This document shows, piece after piece, positions 28,767 through 39,039 of a stretch of DNA of 64,000 bases. The position numbers were made by a program, and so were the translations under genes. Numbering within the stretch: position 1 is the first letter of the stretch; every line of letters begins with the position of its first letter. Below the pieces are notes generated by a model. It saw only the letters and a program-made list of their open reading frames with translations. It ran no database searches and was not told the DNA's origin. Origin of the DNA: an uncultured Alphaproteobacteria bacterium (GTDB taxonomy: Bacteria; Pseudomonadota; Alphaproteobacteria; Rs-D84). The stretch is from NCBI GenBank assembly GCA_944392815.1, contig CALXXY010000001.1, positions 128,001 to 192,000 on the forward strand, written 5' to 3'.

Positions 28767-30005
28767 ATGATGAATATTTTTATGATGATTTTGGTCGCGA
28801 TATTCATGGTTGGATTTTATATGATAAGCAGCCCCAGCCAACGCGTGACAGAACAGGAAACTGAATACGCAATTAATAAATCTGATATGCGGTCAATTGC
28901 TGAATGCGCGTCGGCCAAACACAATGCACAAATCAAGGGCACCGAATTCAATGATGTTTGTGTGGAACAAAATCAAATCAACAGCCAATTTGTATGTCTG
29001 AATTCCAACATGCGTATAACCAGTTGCGAAATTACACGAAATAAACGGCCTGAATACAGTTATATCGTGACCGCAACCACACCAATTGATGTCGACAGTT
29101 ATAACGATATGCTGGAAATACTGGAAGAATATTTCCCAGACGCCGGCACATTCGGCATATTTATGGACGGCAAAATTATGGTTGGGGGATTGTCTGGGGC
29201 ACGAATTGTACCGGACGCCATTATTGATGAAATGGAATTAACCAACGGGCAACTGATATATTTCACGCAATATGAAATCCCAGACGAAGAAACTGTTTTC
29301 ACTGCGCCTGTGCAAACCGATGTTATTTGCCCGATTGGAACGGTTAAAACATACAGATTCGGCCGGTGGCAATGCATAGGATATAACACAAAAACAGATT
29401 GTGGCGGTGATATGATTTGGGATTCTGAATTGTTAATGTGTGTGGCCGATGAATCAAAAAAGCCACTGTGTGCGGAACAACAAACGGCTGTGTTGGTCGA
29501 CAGTGTATGGGAATGCGTGAACCCGTTTCCTGAAAAAGTATGTCCAGACGGCATGATTGCACGATTGAATTATAATACACTGGAATGGGAATGCGTTGTA
29601 AATCCAAACGAAATTGCAGATACTAAGAAATGTGACACTGTGTCCCAGGGCGTTATTTTCGGCCCGGTTGGTACAACCGCACGCGTGCCGACAACATCAT
29701 GCACAGATTGCGAAACTATGATTACAAATCCAGACACGTGCGAATCCGTGTGCGTGCCCGACCCGTCAAAAATTAACGACCCGGCATGTTATAGTGCCAC
29801 CGGCGATTGCAGTGGCCCGTCGCGCGGATATTATTTCGGTTTTCCATCGTATTCATATGCCACGCACGTTGACGCAGTTGCCGGGTACACAATCCCACTG
29901 GACGCGGCACATTCACAAAATCGCAAATTTAACTGTTTGGATTGTGGCGATGGCGAAATAGATTCAGAAAAATCGTTGCCGCCGTATATTTCTGTGTGCA
30001 AATAA
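28767..30005 (+). CDS. Membrane-anchored Cys-rich extracellular protein
   Basis: N-terminal TM; many Cys in repeated C..G....W.C units. Confidence 0.7.
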   Translation: MMNIFMMILVAIFMVGFYMISSPSQRVTEQETEYAINKSDMRSIAECASAKHNAQIKGTEFNDVCVEQNQINSQFVCLNSNMRITSCEITRNKRPEYSYIVTATTPIDVDSYNDMLEILEEYFPDAGTFGIFMDGKIMVGGLSGARIVPDAIIDEMELTNGQLIYFTQYEIPDEETVFTAPVQTDVICPIGTVKTYRFGRWQCIGYNTKTDCGGDMIWDSELLMCVADESKKPLCAEQQTAVLVDSVWECVNPFPEKVCPDGMIARLNYNTLEWECVVNPNEIADTKKCDTVSQGVIFGPVGTTARVPTTSCTDCETMITNPDTCESVCVPDPSKINDPACYSATGDCSGPSRGYYFGFPSYSYATHVDAVAGYTIPLDAAHSQNRKFNCLDCGDGEIDSEKSLPPYISVCK

Positions 30006-30027
30006 AAATGCGCCGTGTGGCGCATTT

Positions 30028-30579
30028 TTACCTGGAATATTGTTTTATTTGCGCGGCAATTTCCTGCATGCGCTGTATTGTGTCTTCGTATTCCTGGCGA
30101 TAACGTTCTGTGTCGGCGATGGCCTGTTCGTATGTATTGGCGTCACGTTCAGATGGGTTCATGTTGGCCTGGGCCGCGAACATTGTATCGGACAAGATTT
30201 CAGAATATTCGTCCAATTTGTCATATTGGCGGCGTAATTCAACCAAACGCGCATCTTTGACGACACGGTCGTATGTTTTATCGAAATTTTCTGCCGCATT
30301 TAATTCACGTTGTGCAGACGCCAATTTATTCGCCACAGGTTGCAGAACACTGATTTCATGTTCCATGTCCGCGATTTCCGATTGGGCCTCTATCGTGTCG
30401 GCACGGTCATAACGATTGTTGTCGATAAAACGCTGCAAATTGGATATATTGCGGCGATAATTGTCGATTTTGCTGATGGCGCGATGACCGTTATCAACCG
30501 CGCTTTGCAGGGCGGGCCGTTTATTGTCCACCAAAGATTTTAAAATATTAAAAACACCCATATTGACGCGACGTGTCAT
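30028..30579 (-). CDS. Coiled-coil hypothetical protein
   Basis: AAGGAG RBS before ATG30579; heptad pattern. Confidence 0.6.
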   Translation of the reverse strand: MTRRVNMGVFNILKSLVDNKRPALQSAVDNGHRAISKIDNYRRNISNLQRFIDNNRYDRADTIEAQSEIADMEHEISVLQPVANKLASAQRELNAAENFDKTYDRVVKDARLVELRRQYDKLDEYSEILSDTMFAAQANMNPSERDANTYEQAIADTERYRQEYEDTIQRMQEIAAQIKQYSR

Positions 30580-30901
30580 ACTCACTCCTTTTACACACGC
30601 TAATATAGTACCAAACATATGTTTTGTCAATATACAACGCTAAAAAATATAAAACTCGGTTGATTTTATAAAAATATTGTGGTCTAATTTTGATGATGAC
30701 AGGTGTTTCTGTCATTGGGTCTTACTAACCCATGGTGTTGATGTCAGAGATGACATTAAATATCTCCAACTGCATCACGGTTGGAGTGCGTGTAATATAC
30801 AAATAAGCGCGACAATATCAACACATTGTTAGTAAGCTCCAACCACCAGATTTTTTGTTTGGTGGTGTTTTGTTTACCGCACAAAACAAGGAGTTCTGGC
30901 G

Positions 30902-31459
30902 ATGTTCAAAAAAACAAATATTGCGTTAATCGCAATATTATCAATTGCGTCACCGGCGATTTTTTGCGCGCCTGCAAACGCAGGTGGCCCGTTTTCCAAT
31001 CCAAATTCACTGGGCGATGTGATGATGGTTATGGCGCCTGCGTATGCGTTGGGTATGACCGTCATGGCCCGTGACTGGGTGGGCACACTGGAATTAGGCG
31101 GTTCCGTTTTGGCCGCACAATTGGCCAGCGAAGGAATCAAAGCACTGGAACTGGAAAGACGCCCCAACGGCAGCGATTATAAATCTTTGCCCAGCGGACA
31201 CGCAGCGGGCGCATTTTCAGCCGCAATGTTCGTTCATAAACGATATGGGTGGAAACCTGCCCTGATTCCATATGGAATGAGTTTGGTGACCGGCTGGTCC
31301 CGTGTAAAGGCCCGCGCGCATTATTGGCACGATGTGTTGGCTGGTGCGGCAGTGTCCGCATTATTCACGTGGATATTGGTGGATAAATATATCCCAGACG
31401 GCGTCAATATTGCTGTCGACACAGACGGCGTGGCGGTTGAATTCAAAACTGAATTTTAA
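30902..31459 (+). CDS. PAP2-family phosphatase (LpxE-like)
   Basis: K..RP, PSGH and SRV...AH..DV motifs. Confidence 0.85.
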   Translation: MFKKTNIALIAILSIASPAIFCAPANAGGPFSNPNSLGDVMMVMAPAYALGMTVMARDWVGTLELGGSVLAAQLASEGIKALELERRPNGSDYKSLPSGHAAGAFSAAMFVHKRYGWKPALIPYGMSLVTGWSRVKARAHYWHDVLAGAAVSALFTWILVDKYIPDGVNIAVDTDGVAVEFKTEF

Positions 31460-31502
31460 TCGCAAAATAACAAAAAAATATCCGGGGTGACCCGGATATT
31501 TT

Positions 31503-33101
31503 TTATTCTGCGGCGGACACGCGGGTAAATGCGCCATTGTCCAACATTTCGCGCACGGCGAAATTTTTAATCTTGCGCGCAGATGTTTGTGGCAATTCCT
31601 GTTCTGTTATCGCGAAATTACGCACCCATTTATATGGCGCAATTTTTAAATTTGACGATTTTACCAACGCAGAAACACGCGCAGCCGATGTGCCGGGCGC
31701 AACCTGGAATACCGCAAACGGTACAGTTTTGCCACGAATCACGTATTCAAACACAGCCGCGGCCAGGATTTCTGAGTTTTGCATGTATAAATCTTCTAAT
31801 TCGTCGGGATATACATTTTTACCACTGTCCAGAACGATGACCTGTTTTTTACGACCCTTTACCACCAGGCGGCCACGTTTATCCAGTTTGCCCAAATCAC
31901 CTGTTTTGAACCAACCGTTTTCAAACGCCGCCGCATTTGCGTCGTCATTATCAACATATCCAGGCATAACCAATTTACCACGCACCCAAATTTCACCAAC
32001 CCCGTGTTTGTCGGGATTATGAATTTCAATTTCATTGCCCGGCAATGGGCCTGCATAGTGCATGGAACCGTCCGGCAACCGAAACGCGAAATTAAAATTC
32101 GCCGGACCGGTTGTTTCCGTCAATCCATAACAGTCACCAACAACGAATCCCAGTCGTTCGAAAAATTTCCGAATTGTGGGCTTTAACGTTGCGCCGGCAG
32201 ACACCAGAACTTTGGTGCGGCCACCAAACAAATCGTGCACAGGTTTGGTCACTTTGTTCACAATTGCCCCCAACCCAATGGCACGCAGCACGTGACGCAA
32301 CGATACAACCACGCGCATTAATGTGTATACATGCTTTTCTTTGGCTGTGGCGATGATTTTTTTATAGAACGTTTCCCAAATACGCGGAACTGCGGGGATA
32401 ACTTCGGGCTTGAACTTTTTAAAATCTGCCATAAATTCACGCGGGTTTAACACAGGTTGCAACAGCAATTTACCACGCAGCACCAGCGGCGCGATAATAT
32501 TAATCACCACGCCATATATGTGATACAGCGGTAAAAATCCATAAAAAGTATATCCAGGGTGAATGACTGGGCTGTAAAACAATGCGCCATCGCCCAATGA
32601 TATAATGTTATCGTGGGTTAAACCAACAACCTTTGGATTGCCGGTTGATCCAGACGTAAATGACAACATCGCAATATCATCGCGTTTGGCCGGGGCCGCA
32701 ACAAATTCGCGGGCGTCTGTGTCATCAACCGATTCTATGTCGAACATTTTTGGCACACCGCGACCGGCCACGAAATATTCGCGCTGGGCCAATACCAATT
32801 TACATTTCGTGCGGCGCATCATATTAATGTGTTCGGACGACGCCAGACCCGTATCCAACATCAAAACGCGTGCGCCCTGGGATACTATGGCGAAATACGA
32901 ACGTATGAAATCCGGTGTGTTGCCGGATAAAATCGCAACTGTATCACCACGTTTTACACCGAATTTTTTTGCCAACAGAACCGCGCGTTGTTTCACACGG
33001 CGCAATAAATCTGCATAGGTTTCGTTCTGTCTGACAAAGAAAATACGGTCTTTGTTCTGGGAACATACCTGGTGCAGCATGTCATAGATATTTTTTATCA
33101 T
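31503..33101 (-). CDS. Long-chain fatty-acid-CoA ligase (AMP-binding)
   Basis: FTSGSTGNPK, YGLTET, WFKTGDLG, GKNVYP. Confidence 0.9.
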   Translation of the reverse strand: MIKNIYDMLHQVCSQNKDRIFFVRQNETYADLLRRVKQRAVLLAKKFGVKRGDTVAILSGNTPDFIRSYFAIVSQGARVLMLDTGLASSEHINMMRRTKCKLVLAQREYFVAGRGVPKMFDIESVDDTDAREFVAAPAKRDDIAMLSFTSGSTGNPKVVGLTHDNIISLGDGALFYSPVIHPGYTFYGFLPLYHIYGVVINIIAPLVLRGKLLLQPVLNPREFMADFKKFKPEVIPAVPRIWETFYKKIIATAKEKHVYTLMRVVVSLRHVLRAIGLGAIVNKVTKPVHDLFGGRTKVLVSAGATLKPTIRKFFERLGFVVGDCYGLTETTGPANFNFAFRLPDGSMHYAGPLPGNEIEIHNPDKHGVGEIWVRGKLVMPGYVDNDDANAAAFENGWFKTGDLGKLDKRGRLVVKGRKKQVIVLDSGKNVYPDELEDLYMQNSEILAAAVFEYVIRGKTVPFAVFQVAPGTSAARVSALVKSSNLKIAPYKWVRNFAITEQELPQTSARKIKNFAVREMLDNGAFTRVSAAE

Positions 33102-33475
33102 TAAATTTTCTCTTTGGTTAATATGCGAATTATTTCACATATATATGAACTATACACATTTTTGGGCCGGAATGACAACCTATTTCATTAAATGGGCAAA
33201 ATTCACAAAAACTTGTCAAAAAAAGCGGTCATTTATCCGTCAATTTGTCAATATATAGATATTGATTCGTTATTTTTTATCTATATTTTGTATTTTTGAT
33301 AAAAAACCGAATCATTTCCCAGGTGAAAAATCTGATTTTTTTAATACAAAAATTCGTTTGGTATCCGATTCAAGTGAATCGGACAGGCGTCAATGCCCCG
33401 GAAAATCCCCTTTTTAAAAAGTAAAGCGAAAAATAAAAATTTTTTTCATTTTTATGTGTTGTTAGTAATTCATAT

Positions 33476-33524
33476 ATACTATATATTGTTATCAAATAAC
33501 GGAAACAACCACTATATATTGTGT
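33476..33524 (+). promoter_or_regulatory. Tandem NrdR boxes
   Basis: ATACTATATATTGTTA (33476) and CCACTATATATTGTGT (33509), 33 bp apart, upstream of nrdD. Confidence 0.8.
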
Positions 33525-33548
33525 TTTAAGAATATTGGGGTATATAAA

Positions 33549-35603
33549 ATGGCTGGGACAGAAAACGATAACAAAATGCAGATTATTCCGACACTTACCA
33601 CGCGACTGAAAGTTGTTCAGAAACGTTCTGGGGAATCGGTTCCATTTGATGCGAAAAAAATTTTTGACGCTGTGAAAAAGGCGGTTGCCGTCACGCATGA
33701 AATTTCGGACGAGCAAATTGTCGCCATTACGCAAAGCGCGCTGAATAAATTGGAATCCAAATTTACAGAAAAAAATCCAACAGTCGAAGATGTCCAGGAA
33801 TCGGTTATTGAATCGCTGATGGACGCGCGTGCGTATAAAACTGCGGAATCATATATTATATATCGTCAAAAACGCAGCGAAATTCGTGATTCGTATGTTG
33901 ACGCGGTCGAAATTATCGAGGGCTATGTCGGTGGTTCCAATTGGCGTATCAAGGAAAACGCCAATATCGGTTATTCCATTGGCGGGTTGATTTTGCGTAC
34001 ATCTGAACGTGTGACCGCAGAATACTGGTTGAATTTATACCCCCGCGAAGTGGCCGAGGCCCACAAAAACGCCGCGATACATATTCATGACCTGGGGTGG
34101 TTGACTGGGTATTGCGCGGGTTGGTCACTGCGCGAATTATTGTACGAGGGATTCAACGGTGTTCCCGGATATTTACAGTGCGAACCCGCCAAACATATGG
34201 CAACTGCGATTTCCCACATGGTGAATTTCCTGGGGACATTGCAGAATGAATTTGCCGGTGCCCAGGCGTTTTCGTCCGTGGACACATATCTGGCCCCATA
34301 TGTCAGAATTGACAATATGACATATGCAGATGTTAAAAATGCTATGCAGACGTTGGTGTTTAACTGTGCTGTGCCATGTCGTTGGGGCACCCAGACACCG
34401 TTTATCAATTTCACATTTGACTGGACCTGTCCCGAAGATTTAAAGAATCAGCGCCCATTCGTTGGCAAAAAGCAAATGGATTTCACATATGGCGAATTGC
34501 AAAACGAAATGGACATGATTAACAAAGCATTTCTGGAGGTCATGACCGAAGGTGACGCCCTGGGGCGGCCGTTTACGTTCCCTATTCCGACATATAACAT
34601 CACAAATGATTTCCCGTGGGAACACCCGAATGTCAAACCTTTGTTTGATTTGGCGGCAAAATACGGTATTCCGAATTTCCAAAACTTTCTGAATTCCGAT
34701 TTGAATCCGACAGATGTGCGTTCTATGTGTTGTCGGTTGCGTCTGGACGTGCGTGAATTGTTAAAACGTGGTGGCGGACTGTTTGGATCGGCGGAAAAAA
34801 CGGGTTCTATTGGTGTGGTGACAATTAACCTGGCACGGTTGGGATACACGCACAAGGGCGACCGCGAAGGTTTATTCCGCGAATTAAAACGTTTATTGGA
34901 TTTGGCACGTGATTCGTTGGAAATCAAACGTCGTATTATTACCAAAAATATGGAACGCGGACTGTATCCGTTTACCCGCAGATATTTGGGCAATTGGGAT
35001 CATCATTTTTCAACCATCGGTGTGAATGGCGCAAATGAAATGGTGCGTAATTTCACAAACGATCGCGAAAATATCGCAACGCCAATGGGTAAAAAACTGG
35101 TGCTGGATTTGATGGATTTCATTCGTGAAAATCTGGCCACGTTCCAGGAACAAACCGGCAACCTGTATAATCTGGAGGCCACCCCAGCCGAGGGCTGTTC
35201 ATACAGATTTGCAAAAACAGACGTGAAAAATTTCCCGGATATTATAACCGCCGGTACCCACGACGCGCCGTATTATACAAATTCGACGCAGTTGCCTGTG
35301 AATTACACAGACGACCCGTTCGTTGCCCTGGAACACCAGGAAGAATTACAACGCAAATATACTGGTGGAACTATGTTGCATTTGTATATGGGCGAACCTG
35401 TTTCCAGTGGCGAAGCCGCGGAAAAAATCGTGCGTACGATTTTCGAAAATTACAAGATTCCGTACATGACGCTGACACCGACATTCTCGATTTGTCCGAA
35501 ACATGGGTATTTGCCTGGCCGGCACGAGTTTTGTCCGAAATGCGATGCTGAAATCGCGGCAAATCAAAATGCGGAATCCGCAACAGTTTCACAAGAAAAA
35601 TAA
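33549..35603 (+). CDS. nrdD: Anaerobic (class III) ribonucleotide reductase catalytic subunit with ATP cone, lacking the glycyl-radical tail
   Basis: VQKRSG ATP cone, IHIHDL, YCAGW, SMCCRL, EATPAE, YTGGT, CPKHG...CPKC. Confidence 0.93.
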   Translation: MAGTENDNKMQIIPTLTTRLKVVQKRSGESVPFDAKKIFDAVKKAVAVTHEISDEQIVAITQSALNKLESKFTEKNPTVEDVQESVIESLMDARAYKTAESYIIYRQKRSEIRDSYVDAVEIIEGYVGGSNWRIKENANIGYSIGGLILRTSERVTAEYWLNLYPREVAEAHKNAAIHIHDLGWLTGYCAGWSLRELLYEGFNGVPGYLQCEPAKHMATAISHMVNFLGTLQNEFAGAQAFSSVDTYLAPYVRIDNMTYADVKNAMQTLVFNCAVPCRWGTQTPFINFTFDWTCPEDLKNQRPFVGKKQMDFTYGELQNEMDMINKAFLEVMTEGDALGRPFTFPIPTYNITNDFPWEHPNVKPLFDLAAKYGIPNFQNFLNSDLNPTDVRSMCCRLRLDVRELLKRGGGLFGSAEKTGSIGVVTINLARLGYTHKGDREGLFRELKRLLDLARDSLEIKRRIITKNMERGLYPFTRRYLGNWDHHFSTIGVNGANEMVRNFTNDRENIATPMGKKLVLDLMDFIRENLATFQEQTGNLYNLEATPAEGCSYRFAKTDVKNFPDIITAGTHDAPYYTNSTQLPVNYTDDPFVALEHQEELQRKYTGGTMLHLYMGEPVSSGEAAEKIVRTIFENYKIPYMTLTPTFSICPKHGYLPGRHEFCPKCDAEIAANQNAESATVSQEK

Positions 35604-35633
35604 CTAAACAAAAAAAACAGGGAGGAAAACATT

Positions 35634-35819
35634 ATGGCAGCAGAAAACACGCAAAGAACACAATGTGAAGTATTTTCACGTTCAATGGGGTTCATCAGAC
35701 CTGTGTCCAATTTTAACATTGGCAAATATTCTGAATTCTGCGAAAGAAAAACGTTTACCGAAGCGAACAGTTTAACAACTGGTCAGCGTCATAGTGAACT
35801 GATGAAAAAAGCTGCATAA
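35634..35819 (+). CDS. Stand-alone glycyl-radical domain of class III RNR
   Basis: CEVFSRSMGFIRPV..FNIGK..EF.ER; own GGAGG RBS. Confidence 0.85.
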   Translation: MAAENTQRTQCEVFSRSMGFIRPVSNFNIGKYSEFCERKTFTEANSLTTGQRHSELMKKAA

Positions 35820-35822
35820 GTT

Positions 35823-36524
35823 ATGAGAGAGATTCAGATTGGTGGATTGGTGTCGTTCACGACAATCGATTACCCCGGGAAATTGGCCGCGGTGCTGTTT
35901 CTGGTGGGTTGTCCGTTGCGGTGTGCGTATTGTTCCAATCCCCATCTGATACCATTGCACGACGGCGAATACGATCCTGAAAAGGTGTTTGATTGGCTGA
36001 AAAGCCGCGTTGGCAAGCTCGAGGCCGTCGTTTTTTCCGGGGGCGAAGCGTTGATGCAGGGCGACGCGTTGATTGATTATATGCGGCGCGTGCGTGAATT
36101 GGGATTCGCCATCGGATTACATACCAACGGTTTTTATCCAGAAACACTGGCACGCGCGGCCGATGTCGTGGACTGGATTGGTTTGGATTATAAAACTGTG
36201 CGCAACAAATACGGCGATTTGGTTGGGCAAAATATCGCGCACGACCATATGGTTCGCAGTTTGACCACGTGGCAATCCACCGGCAAAGATTTCGAGGTTC
36301 GTATTACCTGTGACCCGCGTTTTGTGACCAAAATGGATTTGCTGGAAATCGCAAATGATTTGCATGCGCGTGGTGTGAAAAAATTCGCTGTACAGAAATA
36401 TATCCCGCATTTCGAGGATTCAACCCATAACACCACACCAGAACAGCGCAATCAATTTTTTTCTGATGACAATTTACGCGATACAATTAATGCGCTGTTT
36501 GATTCTGTCACCTGGCGCGAATAA
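35823..36524 (+). CDS. nrdG: Class III RNR activase (radical SAM)
   Basis: TIDYPG, GCPLRCAYCSN, VFSGGE. Confidence 0.92.
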   Translation: MREIQIGGLVSFTTIDYPGKLAAVLFLVGCPLRCAYCSNPHLIPLHDGEYDPEKVFDWLKSRVGKLEAVVFSGGEALMQGDALIDYMRRVRELGFAIGLHTNGFYPETLARAADVVDWIGLDYKTVRNKYGDLVGQNIAHDHMVRSLTTWQSTGKDFEVRITCDPRFVTKMDLLEIANDLHARGVKKFAVQKYIPHFEDSTHNTTPEQRNQFFSDDNLRDTINALFDSVTWRE

Positions 36525-36588
36525 TCGTGATTTTTCCACTGTTTTGTGATATAATTGATGGCATAATTGATGACAAAGGAATTTGTTC

Positions 36589-38367
36589 ATGCCAAAAACT
36601 ATGTTTGATATCATAAAAAAGCAAAATGGTGAACGTTTTGCCAAGGCAATTCGCAATTACGACAATGGGATTTTTGATATTCCGAATCTGGATACAATTG
36701 TCAAACATGCCGGTCGCGAAGCCGAACCAATTATGGCGTATTTAATATCGCTGAAAAATATTGAAATAAACGAAATGGCTGTGCATATGGATCCGATTAA
36801 ATTGTTGGATCGCGCGGGATATAACGCATATGTGGTGCACAATCTGGCCGAACAGAACGCAATCAAAAAATATTTTGCCCCGGGCGAGGAATTGTGCACT
36901 TTCCACGATCCGCACAGATTTGAAAAATACTATATCATAAACGCTGTACGCAAGGACGTGGATAATATTCGCCGGGCTGATTTTAAAAATCCCAAACGCG
37001 AAGATGAATACGGCACATCGGTCATTTCCATTCAGGTATTAAAAACTGGCGGATTTATCAGTATCAAAAACAGATATAATCACACTGTTGAAAATCCAGA
37101 TAATACGTTGAATTCGAATCCTGATAATATTATCCCTGGATTGGCGGACGCGATAAAGCACCATTTTAACGTGGATTTTGCGTCACATCATGTGGATTTA
37201 CCAATTAATTATACCACCATGAACAACCAGATTTTAAAATATAATCTGGAGGTTGAAAATACCTATATCGGGCCGGATTTTTACGCACGCGATGGGCGTG
37301 TGTTTGACATTAACAAAGATTATGAAATTATTTTGGACACAATCGTATTCAATACAAAAACCAAAGAATTCAAATCTATTGCCCACGCGGACGGTGATTG
37401 GCAGATGATTAGTGCACTGTCGACCGCCATTAATGGGAAAAAGGTAAAAATACAAAACGCGGACAACGACACAAAAATACTGATTGCGGGCGATACACCG
37501 ATTGTCACATTCCAAAACGGGCAAATATTGTCGCTGAATTTGCCAAACGTGCGCGAAATCGGCAATTATTTTGCGTTGGATTGTCAAAAATTGACCAGCG
37601 TGTCTATGCCTGATTTGGAAACAATGGGCACCAACTGTTTTCAATTTAATACATTGGAACATGTGAATATGCCGAAATTGCGCGAAATCGGTGAAATGTC
37701 TTTCTATAAATGCAGAAATTTACAGGAAATAAACCTGCCGCAGGTGCAAAAAATGGGCAGTTTCTGTTTTACTGGCGTTTATCAACTGAAAAATGTTAAT
37801 ATGCCACAACTGCGATATGTCGGGGATCATATGTTTCACACTGCACCCGCGCTGACTGTGTTGGATTTGCCAAATTTGCAACGCATGGGGCAAAACTGTG
37901 TTATGAACGCACAGTTGAAAACAGTGAATTTGCCACAGCTGCAATCTGTTGACAATAATTGTTTTGTGAATGGTTGTGCCGTGACGGAACTGGATTTGCC
38001 GAATTTACAGCATATGGGAAATGTCGTGTTTTACGATGCGCCACAATTACGCAGTGTAAACGCGCCCAAATTGCAAAACATGGGCGCATTCTGTTTCCGC
38101 GCCAGCCAAAATGCCACACATGTATATATGCCGCAACTGCAACATATCAGCCAGGGCTGTTTTGAATCCAATGCAACCGTTTTCGAAAAACTGGATTCCA
38201 TCAGAAATATTTCCGGCGAAATCGCCCCGGGGGGATTGGTCGTCGACCCCGCCGTTGATAACAGTGGCACAAAAAAACTGTTCATGCGCGCCATACAGAA
38301 AATTACCAATTACGGCAAAACAAAAAATAAAATCACACCAACCAAGGATAATCACAATGACCGATAA
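36589..38367 (+). CDS. Unknown N-terminal domain + BspA-type leucine-rich repeats
   Basis: Repeated L..V.(L/M)P.L..(M/I)G..CF units in the C-terminal half. Confidence 0.75.
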   Translation: MPKTMFDIIKKQNGERFAKAIRNYDNGIFDIPNLDTIVKHAGREAEPIMAYLISLKNIEINEMAVHMDPIKLLDRAGYNAYVVHNLAEQNAIKKYFAPGEELCTFHDPHRFEKYYIINAVRKDVDNIRRADFKNPKREDEYGTSVISIQVLKTGGFISIKNRYNHTVENPDNTLNSNPDNIIPGLADAIKHHFNVDFASHHVDLPINYTTMNNQILKYNLEVENTYIGPDFYARDGRVFDINKDYEIILDTIVFNTKTKEFKSIAHADGDWQMISALSTAINGKKVKIQNADNDTKILIAGDTPIVTFQNGQILSLNLPNVREIGNYFALDCQKLTSVSMPDLETMGTNCFQFNTLEHVNMPKLREIGEMSFYKCRNLQEINLPQVQKMGSFCFTGVYQLKNVNMPQLRYVGDHMFHTAPALTVLDLPNLQRMGQNCVMNAQLKTVNLPQLQSVDNNCFVNGCAVTELDLPNLQHMGNVVFYDAPQLRSVNAPKLQNMGAFCFRASQNATHVYMPQLQHISQGCFESNATVFEKLDSIRNISGEIAPGGLVVDPAVDNSGTKKLFMRAIQKITNYGKTKNKITPTKDNHNDR

Positions 38368-38815
38368 AATTAAACTGACTTTGCGTGACGGCGACGTCGT
38401 AATCCAAACGCTGCCCGAAATCGCGCCAAAACATGTGGCACGAATAACAGAACTCGTGAAATCAGGATTTTATAATGGGTTGACATTTCACCGCGTGATT
38501 GCCGGATTCATGGCCCAGACCGGTTGCCCCAATGGCGACGGGCGCGGCGGCAGTGGCGTGAAAATTCCCGCTGAATTTTCGGGTGAAAATTTCAGCCGCG
38601 GCGCAGTTGGCATGGCGCGCACTGTCGATGTAAATTCCGCGGATTCCCAGTTTTTTATATGTCTGGCGGATTGTTCGTTTTTGAACGGCAAATATACCCT
38701 GTGGGGACGCGTTATCAGCGGTATGGAATACGTGGACAAAATCAAACTGGGCGACGATATGAATAATGGCCACGTGGATAACCCAGACAAAATTATCAAA
38801 ATGGAAATGATGTGA
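38357..38815 (+). CDS. Cyclophilin-type peptidyl-prolyl isomerase
   Basis: FYNGLTFHRVIAGFMAQTG, SQFFI, YTLWGRV. Confidence 0.93.
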   Translation: MTDKIKLTLRDGDVVIQTLPEIAPKHVARITELVKSGFYNGLTFHRVIAGFMAQTGCPNGDGRGGSGVKIPAEFSGENFSRGAVGMARTVDVNSADSQFFICLADCSFLNGKYTLWGRVISGMEYVDKIKLGDDMNNGHVDNPDKIIKMEMM

Positions 38816-38820
38816 CGTGT

Positions 38821-38970
38821 GTTATTCCCGCACCAGCGGTGCGGGAATAACAGAGTGTAGAGTGGAGAGTATAGAGTGTAGATATTGTCCGCGCATATGC
38901 GCGGAATTTTATTACCGTCGCGGGGCAAAGTTCCCCTCTGCGGAGGGGTGGCACGTAGTGCCGGGGTGGT
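38821..38970. repeat. Palindromic intergenic repeat cluster
   Basis: GTTATTCCCGCACC..GGTGCGGGAATAAC plus units shared with 9327-9549. Confidence 0.8.
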
Positions 38971-39039
38971 TATTGTACCCCCCCGCCCCAAAAGGGTGTG
39001 GCGGCATCTGAACCCTTGCTTGCAAAAATTATTAATTGT

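Noticed and set aside
30826-30840. M-box riboswitch (GTTAGTAAGCTCC resembles its 5' motif)
   Set aside because: Motif sits at the 3' end of the leader and the rest of the M-box is absent
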